A DNA stretch of 63,746 bases, the filler included, from Catajapyx aquilonaris (Eukaryota): the NCBI GenBank assembly GCA_000934665.2. It is 4 parts of 4 records of this genome, joined end to end, with 100 filler letters (N's around TTAATTAATTAA, not from the genome) between each part and the next. Parts side by side here need not be neighbours in the genome. Positions count along the whole stretch, not along the records: positions 1 to 15,833 come from JYFJ02007380.1; positions 15,934 to 31,858 come from JYFJ02007383.1; 2 more parts are not named here. One strand, written 5' to 3'. The notes beneath the pieces are model-generated. The model saw only the letters and a list, made by a program, of their open reading frames with translations, was not told the origin of the DNA and did not search any database. Numbering within the stretch: the first letter of the stretch is position 1; the number at the start of each line of letters is the position of its first letter. A program made the translations under genes and the position numbers. Positions 11,745-23,503 of this stretch are shown one piece after another.

Positions 11745-13738
11745 AGGTGTCAATGGTCTCCAACCTTCTCCTCACATACATCCACCTGCGACTGGGGGAG
11801 ATATTTCCCAAAGAAGAGGTCTGGTTTGGTGGCATCAGCATCCTCCTCCTTGGAGACTTGCTGCAGCTGATGCCAGTGAAAGGACAGCCTGCCTTCAAGC
11901 CCGTCACCAGCAAGCTACTCGCAGAGAAAGTAGGTGGATCTGGCTCTCTGAACTTATGGTCGGACCTCTTCGAGTACGAGGAGCTCCTTTCCAACGTACG
12001 ACAGAAGGGCGACACGGCATATCAGGAGTTGCTGGGCGAAGTGCGCGTCGGTCATGTGTCCACTGCAACCACCAACCTTCTGCGGAGCAGGGTATGGACC
12101 GACGCAGGGTCAGACCCCTGCGCCGCTTACAACTGGTGCAAGGCAGGCGGGATGAACCCTGTGTGCCTTCTCCCAAGAAATGACATGTGCCAGATGTTTA
12201 ACAAGCAAATGCTGAGCTTGTCCTGCCCGGAGACGGTGAGGCTGGAGGCGGAGGACAAAGTGACTGGCAATGCAGCTGAGAGGCAGAGAGGAACAAAGAT
12301 GCTCCAGAAAATATCAGAAGATGCGTCCAGAACGGCCGGACTGGAGGCGGTCCTAGTGCTGGGTGCTGGATGCCGTATCATGTTGAGACGAAACATGGAC
12401 GTCTTGGGAGGCCTCGTCAACGGAGCCATGGGCACAGTCGCACATTTCAAACGGAACAACCATGGACGTATCGTGTCCGTCATCATCAATTTTGATAGCT
12501 GCCCTTCGGAGGAGAAGTCTATAGAGAGGTGCAGCGTGAAATTCGAAATTGGTGCAAACATTTATGTGGAAAGGAAGCAGTTTCCACTGGTACTTGCATA
12601 CGCCATTACTATTCGCAAGTCACAAGGCCTGACCCTCGAATCAGCAGTGGTCGACCTGAGTGAATCTGTGTTTGCGAGTGGTATGGCTTATGTGGCACTA
12701 TCACGTGTAAAGAAACTAGACACCCTTTTTCTTTTACACTTGGACTCAAAGTGCATCAAGGCCGACAGGAGCTGCATCCTTGAGTACAACCGCCTCCGAG
12801 AAACTCGCTCCATACCGCCCCTTCTCGTACCAGCCTTGAAGCGACGCATTGTTACAGCTTCTGTAAGAAGTGATACCATCAAGATTCGTGGGTTCGCCAA
12901 TCCTGGCCCGATTAAGGTGTCTTGCTACGCAAACGCCGCATTAGTCTGCCTATTCGCGCAAGCGGATTTTCGACTCCTCTTAAACTCGAAGAGGGGGGGG
13001 AGTGACATCGTTGTGGAGATGCAGAAGGCGCTCACACAACACCGTCCGCAAAAGTCTGCAGCAGCAAAGCGGCAAAAAACAACAAAGGCAGGCAATGTGG
13101 TATTGCCATCGACGCAGGATGTGCGACGAGCTGTGGGAGAACCCTTCACTGGAGATGTACAGCAGGACGCTCTCGAGTTCTTGGACTCTCTCATTGAAAG
13201 GTTACCAGAACCTCTCCAGAGGTGGGGCACTCACCGGATCGAGAGTGAAGAACCCTGCACCAAATGTCACTCCATCCATCTCGAAACCTCAGGAATGCAG
13301 CGCTACCTACATGTTGCAGTTCCAAGACAAGACACTGATGTTACATTCGATAGCCTATTGCAGAAGGTGGACATCCAACTGCAGTGCGCCGTATGTGCAT
13401 TCAGTTGCCCAGTGACAACCTACAGCATCCAGGAGGTCACCGGGTGTGTATTACTCCATCTGGTCCGGTATGATGAAAGAGCACGAAAGGTGACTACTGG
13501 CATCTCAGAATTCAATCCTGACGATGTCAGAATTGCATCGGACAGATTTGTGTGCACAGCCATCATTTGTCACCAGGGGAACAATTTGTTAAGTGGGCAT
13601 TACACCGCCGTGGTGCGAGAGGGCAAGGAATGGTTGCATGTGAATGACCAGAGCGTCAGTATTGAGACTAGTACGAAAACGCATATGAAGGATGCAGTAG
13701 CCCTATTTTTAGTAGGCCTACCAGATCTTCGGACCTAA
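11745..13738 (+). CDS. RepHel transposase, 3' part: PIF1 helicase plus C-terminal USP (peptidase C19)-like domain
   Basis: EVSM, FGGISILLLGDLLQL, RQKGD, QFPLVLAYAITIRKSQG, YVALSRV; then Cys box GFANPG...SCYANA, QQDALEFL, CTKC/CAVC, His box ICHQG....GHY and WLHVND. Confidence 0.9.
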
Positions 13739-13759
13739 ATCTCGAAATAAAATCCTGAG

Positions 13760-14860
13760 GTTAGTATCCCACCATCCCTCTATTCCATTGCATATCCCAT
13801 AATGCCATAATTGACGCATGACAAATCTTAAATTCCAGTCCTTGTGACCCAAAACACTTCCTGACGATCCAGCCTGCCTGCTCCACAACCATCAACTCCT
13901 TCTCCAATCTCCTCAAACTATCAACAAAACCAAGAAAATCTTTTCAAAATTCGTGAGGTATGTATCCCCCCTTTCCCCCTTCTCTCTGTACCATTGCAAT
14001 CCCCACAACTCCTATACTTGCTTAAGAGTATTGACATGACAAATCTTAAATTCCAGTCCTTGTGACCCAAAACACTCCCTGACGATCCAGCCTGCCTGCT
14101 CCACAACCTTCAACTCCTTCTCCAATCTCCTCAAACCATCAACAATACCAAGAAAATCTTTTCAAAATTCGTGAGATAAGTATCCCCCATCTCCCCTCTC
14201 TCCCTGTACCATTGCAATCCCCACAACTCCTATACTTGCTTAAGAGTATTGATATGACAAATCTTAAATTCCAGTCCTTGTGATCCAAAACACTTCCTGA
14301 AGATCCAGACTGCCTGCTCCAATCTCCTCAAATGTGATGTGTGATGGATGTGTGACTGAAACTGAAACTGAAACAGATTCAGTCCTGATACAGAAACGGA
14401 TTCAGTCCTGATACAGAAACTGATTCAGTCCTGATACAGAAACTGATTCAGTCCTGAAACTGAAACTGAAACTGAAACTGAAACAGAAACAGAAACAGAT
14501 TCAGTCCTGAAACAGAAACTGAAACTGAAACAGAAACTGAATCCGAAACTGAAACAGAAACTGAAACAGTGATTCAGTATCTGTTTCTGAATCACTGTCC
14601 TCATGAGACAGCCTGCCTACTCCAGTCTCCCGAACTCTTGTCAACACTTGCATTACCAAATCCAATTGAAGATATCCTCGCCAAAATCATCACACAAATT
14701 CCCGAGGTTAGTGTCCCACCCCCTCTCTGTACCATGACAATTCTATAATGCCTTTCCTCTCTCCACAATCCAGATAATGTCATCTCAAAACATCCAGTAG
14801 TCCTCGTGATCCCAATGACGTCCTCATGGGACAGCCTACCTACTCCAGTCTCCTGAACTC
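13760..14860 (+). repeat. Helentron 3' tandem repeats (~220-bp units) with a GAAACT/GAAACA minisatellite at 14357-14570
   Basis: Repeated tgacaaatcttaaattccagtccttgtga.ccaaaacact at ~13819, 14036 and 14256. Confidence 0.85.
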
Positions 14861-14926
14861 AAAATATTATAATAATGTATTAATATGTATGATATTAAAA
14901 TGAGGCATCATTGTACCTATTCCGTA

Positions 14927-15769
14927 CTGTCAAAAAAGAACTGAAATTATATCAAAAACATTCCCTTCAGTGAAAAAAGAGAAGTAAGACCTCCGCGGCG
15001 GAATGAAAGTACTGAAACAAGGCAGGCGCACGTAAGACCTTCACCAATTGATTTAAGCTGTACCATAGGTCTTACTCAAGCAATTCTCAAGTACAGTATG
15101 GAACGACTCGTATAAATTACTGCTGCAAACTACTCAGAGCAGTGGGACGGGGAAGGGAAGGAAAAAAGGAGAAGAACTGAACCCATCCTCACAGACTTGG
15201 AAATGTTTTCTCCTGAACTAATGCAGAAGCCATTCATTCGAAAAAGACCATCAAAATTTCACCAATTTACGTTTACATGTGAAAAATGAAACATTTCAGT
15301 TAAAATCAGCATCTAAAGGAGATGACGATTCTGCATAAATGTTTCATGGCAATAAATTCGAACGAATCGTCTAGACTAGAAATTCAATGCGCTTAATATT
15401 GAAGTTCATAATTTCAGAAAACACTTATATGGAGTGGCTCACGGAAAATTAATGGGCGGAATTTCCGTCGTACTACTAAGTAACTATAGTTACTGTTAAT
15501 TTACCAGTACAATTGCAGTACACTGGTACTGCTGTTAGAAGTAATTAGTAGTAGGACGAAAATTCCACAAATTGGCTTCAGAAAGAAGACTTCATGAGCA
15601 GTGAATTGGAAATTGCTTGAGTAAGACCTATGGTACAGCTTAAATCAATTGGTGAAGGTCTTACGTGCGCCTGCCTTGTTTCAGTACTTTCATTCCGCCG
15701 CGGAGGTCTTACTTCTCTTTTTTCACTGAAGGGAATGTTTTTGATCTAATTTCAGTTCTTTTTTGACAG
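14927..15769. mobile_element. Long-TIR MITE-like cassette (~155-bp inverted repeats), copy 1
   Basis: CTGTCAAAAAAGAACTG...CAGTTCTTTTTTGACAG flanked by TA; repeated GTAAGACCT motifs in each arm. Confidence 0.85.
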
Positions 15770-15833
15770 TACACGTAACTTATGCTCTATGAATCCATTG
15801 GAGACGATTTTCGTCGCTTAGAAGTCCCTAAAA

Positions 15834-15933
15834 NNNNNNNNNNNNNNNNNNNNNNNNNNNNNNNNNNNNNNNNNNNNTTAATTAATTAANNNNNNNNNNN
15901 NNNNNNNNNNNNNNNNNNNNNNNNNNNNNNNNN
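15834..15933. other. Assembly gap with TTAATTAATTAA linker
   Basis: N run with central linker. Confidence 0.98.
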
Positions 15934-17061
15934 CAAACATGGAAAATTGTCCCAATCATGAAAAGTATAACCCGGACCAATCGTGGAAAATCCAGCCCCG
16001 TACGCTATGAGTCACAAGATTGTAAAACTAGTATTGACAGGTGTGAAATGTGCTGGGGAGAGGAGGGGAGGGGGACTTAAGAAGGTAAAAGGTCGCTTTC
16101 CCTTCCATCCCAACAGATTATAGCTGATGACCAAATGCGACATTGCCAAGGTTAAACACGGGCTATTGCCATCCCCTTGTCGAAAGGTTTCAAATAGTTC
16201 CCGACCTTCCCATGCTAAGCGCTAGTGAGTCAACGAGTGAATTTCTCCTAGGGGTGATACACAGTCTTAATATGGAAGGAACCACACGACAGATGTCTCC
16301 CATTTGTATAAAATATAAACGGAGTATACATTTCCAATTACATTGCATGAATGAAATTACCTGTAGTCAGACACCCGGACAACAACTGCTTACCGGGGAG
16401 GCTGTAGGTGACGACCTGATTCGCTAAAAGATATTCTCGTGGGAAACGTGAAAATGAGGTGTGATCTGGACCCCGTCTCTCCAGTGACTGGATGGTTTTC
16501 ATATCGGAATTGTGCGGGTAAATTTGTCGATCAAATATCTGTTGGTGAAACGCCCTGTCGCGGAACCTCCTTTTCGGTGGAATGGATATGTCGGTGAAAT
16601 GGCCTATCGGCCAGGTGGGTGTCGGTGAAATGACCCGCTCCGACTTCTTTTTGATTATGGTGGGCTTTTTACTTCTCTACTGTACTCTGCATACCAAGGT
16701 TTCAATTTGCTTCACTGGGCGACTACTGAATTGCATTTGTATTCCCTCGGCAACTGTCCGAGTATTATGCACTAGAGTTCTAGACCGAGCAAAGAAATTA
16801 GGAACACTGCTCATACTGACCAGATTAGTTTGATTTATTAGAAAAGCCGAGGCAACTAAGGCCGAGAGGCATGACTGATACCATGTGTGATACACTGCTC
16901 CTGCACAGACAGCACAGGCACGAAGGAACGATCACTTCATCAATGACTCCATCCACGATATTCACCAGATAGGGTTTCATATATCCCAATAGGGGGAAAA
17001 ACCATACCTGTACATCTTATTCTGAAGGGATAAACTTGGGATAAACTCTTCGCGGATAGCT

Positions 17062-18608
17062 GGTAAGGGGCCTCAATTTCGACACCCTTACGTTTTATCT
17101 CTCTTGTTGGAAAATGACCGAATGCAGCAATGTAAGGAGAATGAATTTCAATGCCTTGAACATTTACATACAGGCCCCGCAACGAAGGTTTTTAAAAATT
17201 CGTAGGAAAAAGCACAAAGATTTAAACAGTAAAACCACTCGTTTTTTCAGTTTCAAAAAAGTGTTTGTCATATCGGAAAGAGGTAAAAAAAACCATTTCT
17301 AAATTTGTGAATGCTTAATAAATGTGTCATTAATATATAATATATAATTAAAATCCTTGCGGGAGTTGGCCGAGCCCTCTGATTGGTTCGCCGCGTATAG
17401 TTACCACCACCTCCCCATTGGCCCGCGTTCTAATCATGCGCAATGGGGTGTTGCCGGGGAAACTCGCCATTACTTCTCTGTATTGTTGCCCAGTTGGCAC
17501 TACTGTGAAGTTGTTTACAGAGTCGGTTCCCTAACTTCCCTTTATGGAACGACAGACACAGGACAGACATGTTCTCACTTCTCACTAATCGGGCCGTTCG
17601 AAGACTGCTGGAGGGCTAACGTTACACCCTCCCCGGCCATATGGCGCGCTGAATAGGTACCCCAGACCGCAGGCCTAGGAAAGAGCGAGCGAAGCGAGTG
17701 GTTCTCTATAGGCCTGCGCCCTAGGAATAGGCGAGCGAAGCGATGGTTTTCCTAGTAATATATATCAGATTGGGTTTAGTGCTCCGTCCAATGGGCATCC
17801 GGCACAGTACCTTTATTTGCTTTGTTGTACAGCTAGTATAAGATTGTCCTTTTACCGTAACGCCCGGGTACCGCGAGCGATAGGGAAGGTGACAGGAGGG
17901 GATATAATGTGCACGGTGTAGCGCAATACAGTTGCTTAGGTCATTTTGTGAACTCCCCCGGGTGGTTTAGTCTATTAGAAATACGACCCGAGACGAAGTC
18001 AGAGATGGCCTTAAACTCTGCACGAGATGAAAGGGGTGTCCTCGGACGGGATTTGATCCCGGGACCTTAACATCCATGGGCGCGTCCGTTACCGCAACGC
18101 CACTTCGCCTCCCTCAAATGCTTTATTAATAACAATGCACAGAAAATTGGTTTCATCTGCATGATAAAAATGAAACGTTTATTCCCTATTTGCCAAATAA
18201 AAAATTATTCCGTTGATCGAGTCATTGATCAATGGCATAATTTTATCTTTTGCAAATAGGGAAAACTTTCCATTTTCATCATGCAGATAAACCAGTTTTC
18301 ATTGTATTATTACGCGTATTAATAAATAATTTTAAAGCATTCACCAATTTATGATTTTTTACACCTTTCCTCCCATTAAAACGCAGGTTCCGAAATTAGG
18401 AACACTTTTTTTTGAAACTGAAAAAATGGGTGTCTTCACTTTTTCAATTTTGTGCTTTTTCCTACAAAAGTTTTTAAAATTTTCATTGCGGGACCTAGTA
18501 GGTAAATGTTGAATGCATTAACATTCATTTTCTTTACATTGCTGCTTTCAGCCATTTTCTAACAGGAGGAAAACAACGTAAGGGTGTCGAAATTTGGGCC
18601 CATTACCC
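17062..18608. mobile_element. Diverged long-TIR non-autonomous DNA transposon with nested inserts and an internal hairpin (~18130-18310)
   Basis: ggtaaggggcctcaatttcgacacccttacgtt at the left is the inverted match of aacgtaagggtgtcgaaatttgggccccattacc at the right; arms match for ~200 bp. Confidence 0.7.
17330..17755 (+). mobile_element. Possible non-autonomous Helitron
   Basis: AT-rich start; 3' end with cgagcgaagcg motifs and terminal CTAG followed by T; a reverse-strand copy of this end sits at ~5650-5695. Confidence 0.4.
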
Positions 18609-18864
18609 TAGAGCACTTTGAGGATTGTTGGTGATTTCTGTGATGGCTTTCACTCGTTCATATGCAGTTTGAAATCACTTGCAACATTGCATTACAGGAA
18701 GTACCTTATCACTATCATAATCAATTCTAGGTTACTCGATTAAGAGTGTGTATATGATTCAGACTCTTGTATTCGGGTTTCGCAAAAGGCTTCGCCTTCT
18801 CAACTTTTGATATTATGATGTCCTCTCCCACCTTGCCCGAAGGCCTATGAAACTGATAAAACTT

Positions 18865-20148
18865 GGTTCCCGATAAACTCGGCGAAAGAAAACTCGGCGA
18901 ATGACCATTCGGCGACTACCATTCGGCGAAAATGAAATTCGCCGAACGTATTTTTCGGCGACAGGAGCATTCACCGAAAACGGTTTTCGGCGAAATTACA
19001 ATTGGGCGAGCACACTTTTCGGCGACAGGACAATTCACTGAAAAAGCTTTTCGACGTGATAGAAATAGACACAGAAGAGAATGGAGCGATGGATCGGATA
19101 GAATGTAGCAGGTACTGTATTATTCAGCTGATAAAACATTACATAAAAATTCATCTTCATAAGAGATATTTTCCAAAATTTTCCTTTTCGCGCGCTGTGC
19201 TTCCACAGCTGCAGCATTCGGTGCATGATTGTGGTCATTGGTCGACCGGAAAATTATCGTAGTGTCGTCTCCAAGCCTGGTGTGAACCCTTGCTTTACAA
19301 TGTTGATATTTTTTTCACATCTCCAATAAACCTGACGAAATAGCGGCCGTCCAAGTAGCACATTAAACATATTGTAAAGAGATGCAATTAAACACTCACC
19401 TTATCTCCGTGAGACTTATCCTTCACATACACAAAACCACACTCCACCAGCTTCGGTCTGCCTCTCTCACTTTGCCACATTCCTGTCTGTGAGTCAGGGG
19501 AATAATGACCAAAGCATATACACAACGCTTCGTGGAAGTCAGGTGATTTGGGAGATATCAACAGGGCTGACCACGGTCTTAGAAGGATAGGTCGGGAAAC
19601 TCCCCGCCATCTTGCGTTCCGTTACTCAATCCCGCCGTGGCGCTGACTGGAGGTCGCCATGATGTGAACTGGATCGTGAACACATCCATATTGCGGCCAT
19701 CTTGGTATACGCTATCGGTAGTAATCGGGAGGGGGGTCGCTGATAAACCTAGTAATCGGGAGGAGGGTTATGGCGAATGGAGTTGTTATGGCGAATGAAC
19801 GACACGCACAGCGAGATTCCATTGTTTTTACTAGCGCCGCTGCGGGAAGGAATAACGGATCGGCCTTTTCTATTGCGCTGGGATAGAAGTGTCTAGGGGC
19901 TGGGGCTGACTATACTTCCCCATTGGACGGACATAGTCGACTAGCGGTAAATTACTCGAGCGCTGTTTCCATTTAGCCGAAAAGAGTCGGCGAATTGTCC
20001 TGTCGCCGAAAAGTGTGCTCGCCCAATTGTAATTTCGCCGAAAACAGTTTTCGGTGAATGCTCCTGTCGCCGAAAAATACGTTCGGCGAATTTCATTTTC
20101 GCCGAATGGTAGTCGCCGAATGGTCATTCGCCGAGTTTATCGCGGACC
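18865..20148. mobile_element. Non-autonomous Mutator-like (MULE/foldback) element
   Basis: ~160-bp TIRs built of TTCGGCGA repeats; perfect 9-bp TSD ATAAAACTT (18856-18864 and 20149-20157). Confidence 0.88.
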
Positions 20149-22125
20149 ATAAAACTTGCCTGGTTTTCAGACAAAGAAAACCTATTACATGCATCGCCAG
20201 CATTTCTTGGTATAACGTGTGTAACCTTGGTGTAACATATAATATCATAATCAGACAGCTACAGCTCTCCTGTATGACAGGGATGATTTATTTTCCATCG
20301 CAATAAAGTGTACATGAATGGAAGTGCCAACTTCGTACAATCGCGAGTATAATGATGGACAAGGACAGGGTAAGGAGTTGTAACGAGTTCCCTGTAAAAC
20401 CGGTGGTTCAGCTCCAACGCTATTGTACAGTAGGAGACTTAGATTTTTGATGCTTACCACATAAAATAGCTTTAGAGCAGCCATCACTAGATTAATGGCG
20501 AAATCATGGGAGCTATGTAAGGTCTTTCAGAGGCTTTTCTGCCATAAACATGGAGGAGAATAACAGAGGGGATTAGCTTTCCCTATTCAGGGTCTACACA
20601 CTGGGACCTCCCTGGGACTTGTCCCCGTGCTTGGTATCCGCCAACCGGCGTGATTGGTTCCCTACCTCTGCAGCTCTGGCCCCATCCTTCCATCCTTCCG
20701 TCTCGTCCTTCAAAGAGTGTTTCTTGCATTGTAGACTACTTTGATTCCTGTCAACTTAGAGACGGGAAAGTCGCTGTAACGAAAGAAAGTGCCTCAGGCT
20801 GCCACATGCTGCTGATCAGCCAAGTGTAAAGCATATTGTCTTGTGTTTGCCAAGTGCCCGTTCCAGAGTACCGGAATAATAATAATTCAGACATCGGAGT
20901 ATATGTGCCTTCACATACTGTACGTATAATCGCACGGTGGTACCAATAAATTATTCCGTAAAAATTAACTCACAATAAAAAGCGGGCAAAAATGCAAGCA
21001 AAAGTCATCTCACACATTGGTATTCAGAGGTGATCAAGGTTGTGGGAGGGGGGGGGGGGGTGAGACTTTCCGGTGATAATTTGGCTGTACGTTGCTTTTT
21101 GACCAACTAGAGTTTTTCTTTGCAAATTGTATGGGACCTGCTTATTTGGACCTCATCGGGGCCACGGCATTTTGACCCAATAAAGCGGGGGTTCGATTAA
21201 CTGGGGTTCATGTGAAACAATGCGGGGAAAACGCAAAATATTAGACTGCACTACCAGCTTTACTATACCGGAAGAGCATGTTTAAGCCACGCACCGTTAG
21301 GAGGGTCAGTAACACCTTCCCTCCCTCCCGCTCGACCAAACTGGTCCGACTAACCGGGGAAATCACCAGCTATGCGGGGAAAAATCACATTTATGGTATT
21401 GATTTGATTCCGGTCCTGGCGATTCGGTCAAAAAATGAGGGGGGCCCGATAAACCGGGCCACCAATAAAGAGGGTCGCACTGTATATCCTAGTGACACAA
21501 GGAAATGCTGGCCCCTTAAGACATCATTATAGGCTCTGCATCTCAACTGCGTCTGATGGATGTGGGATGCTCATTTGATTGTAAGTATGCAAATTCGAAT
21601 TTTAGAACTACGGTAGTCGAAAATGGCCCATATGAATGATCTCCATCATCTCCTCACCCCACCCATGTGAGTGCACGGACGGGCTTTATTAACATTATTT
21701 CGTATTTTATTGATGCAACTCTTGGTGCCCCTGTTGACCCCCTGCTGATACAACTGGCCTGCCCGGCTACTGTGGGGAAAACTGGTGTGCCCACTCGAAT
21801 GGTCCTCATCAGACCTAATTCGCATATTTCTGGACTGTCGAGGTGCTTGGGGCAATACCCCACCCCCGTCCCTGGCTGGCCCCGGCACTGCAGTGCAGCC
21901 GGGGCCGTTCTTCCTTTCCACGACCCCTCCTAACCCATCCCAACCCTGCCATACTATACCCCCCAGGTAAGTCTTTGCGCATGAGAGCATACCCACTAGG
22001 TCACTAGGGTAAACCAGGCAAACCATTCCAACCACCCCCACCATCATCCTCATGATAGGAAGAGGGGCGAGAGGCTCCCCCTGTAGATATTTGCGTCAAA
22101 CAGTGCTGGACATTAATGGTGTCCT

Positions 22126-22241
22126 ACTGGTGGAGCCAGGAGCTGATGGAGGCAAACAGTGAATTGAAGCAATGTATTGGTTGCTAATCCATCACTTCGA
22201 TTCGCTCTTTTGCCGCCAGTTGCTCGTGGCTCCACCAGTAG
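22126..22241. repeat. Short inverted repeat / MITE remnant
   Basis: ctactggtggagcca ... tggctccaccagtag. Confidence 0.55.
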
Positions 22242-23503
22242 TGTCCATCATTATACGCTAGAAATTATTACTTATGGGTCGCAAATGATGATGCACAGGT
22301 ACGCTTGATATTCCATACCATACCATACAACTTGTGAGTGAATCTGGAGTGGTTATCCTGCGGTTGACTTGGGCCATTTTCAGGTGGCTCGACGGTGGGG
22401 TCTACAGAAGAACCGACCAGCTATGAATTACGACAAGTTGAGCCGCTCCCTTCGCTATTACTACGAGAAAGGCATCATGCAAAAGGTGGCAGGTATAATA
22501 TTCCTTTGCAAATAGGGTACAATAAAATGCAGCCTTGGGGAATAAAGGAAAAATTGATTGAAGCAGCTAAAGAATTACACTATTCAGTTTCCTGTGAGCG
22601 CAAACAGGGTGACTGACCTGGCTGCGCTTCGTACTTTAGACTTTTGTTATAAGCTGACGTACTGTACAAGTAACTTATACGTCTATTTGTTGTTGGAAAT
22701 TTTGTGTTCAACACTTCCATTCCGAGTCAAGGGCGCGATCAGGTCAGCCATTTGATATGCAAACATAAGAAGCCTGACTATAATGTTCCCAACAAGTCTG
22801 AATAGTTAAATGTACTTAATTTTAAGTAACGAGTTACTTGAAATTTGCTCAATAATAGAAGTAGATAATGCACTAGAATGAACTCGCAGATCACGTGAGA
22901 ACTATCAGTGGAGACACATTACTTGAGAAAAGTCTAGGATGGAAGGGCTCCAACATTCTTGGCATGTGCTCTGAGAAGGATAATGGTGAAGCACTGATTC
23001 TGAAAAGGATAGGTCTACTAATCAATCCGCTTAGGTCTCATGCTATCACCCCATACAGGTGGAATAGGCTGTCATTGACTTATTAGGGAAGGAAAATTTC
23101 GAAATAGAGGTTTGAATGAAAAAAATGGCCGTACACATTCGTAGTCTAAAATTTGCATGCTTAAAAAAACGATATGAACCAAATTTTCTTATCCCTAATA
23201 TGTGCTCTCGCCAACGTCTATCGGGTGATAGTAGCTGCATAATCTAATTTGAGCTACATAAATAACTCTGGAGAGTTTGCATCTAGCAAACAGTATACAG
23301 TTTATAGAGTGAATATGATGCCTTACTTTGTGATAAATAACACTGGGCAACAAATTTTGACAAGAGTGAAATTTCTGAGATTAAAGTAGACATTTATTAA
23401 AGATTTCAATGTGCGGATCACGAATATGACAATAAACATCCCAAATTGGCTACGATTACTGAGAAAGCTGCAATAGTTCCTTACATAATGGAGTAATACG
23501 TAC

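Larger units (their letters stand above)
7168..14860 (+). mobile_element. Helentron/HLE2-type rolling-circle transposon (termini not resolved, probably 5'-truncated)
   Basis: Rep-helicase ORF followed by 3' tandem repeats that recur after the second copy at 55.6-56.2 kb. Confidence 0.85.

Noticed and set aside
15878..15889. TTAATTAATTAA inside N runs (also at ~31903 and ~47819)
   Set aside because: Identical in all three gaps; an artificial scaffolding linker
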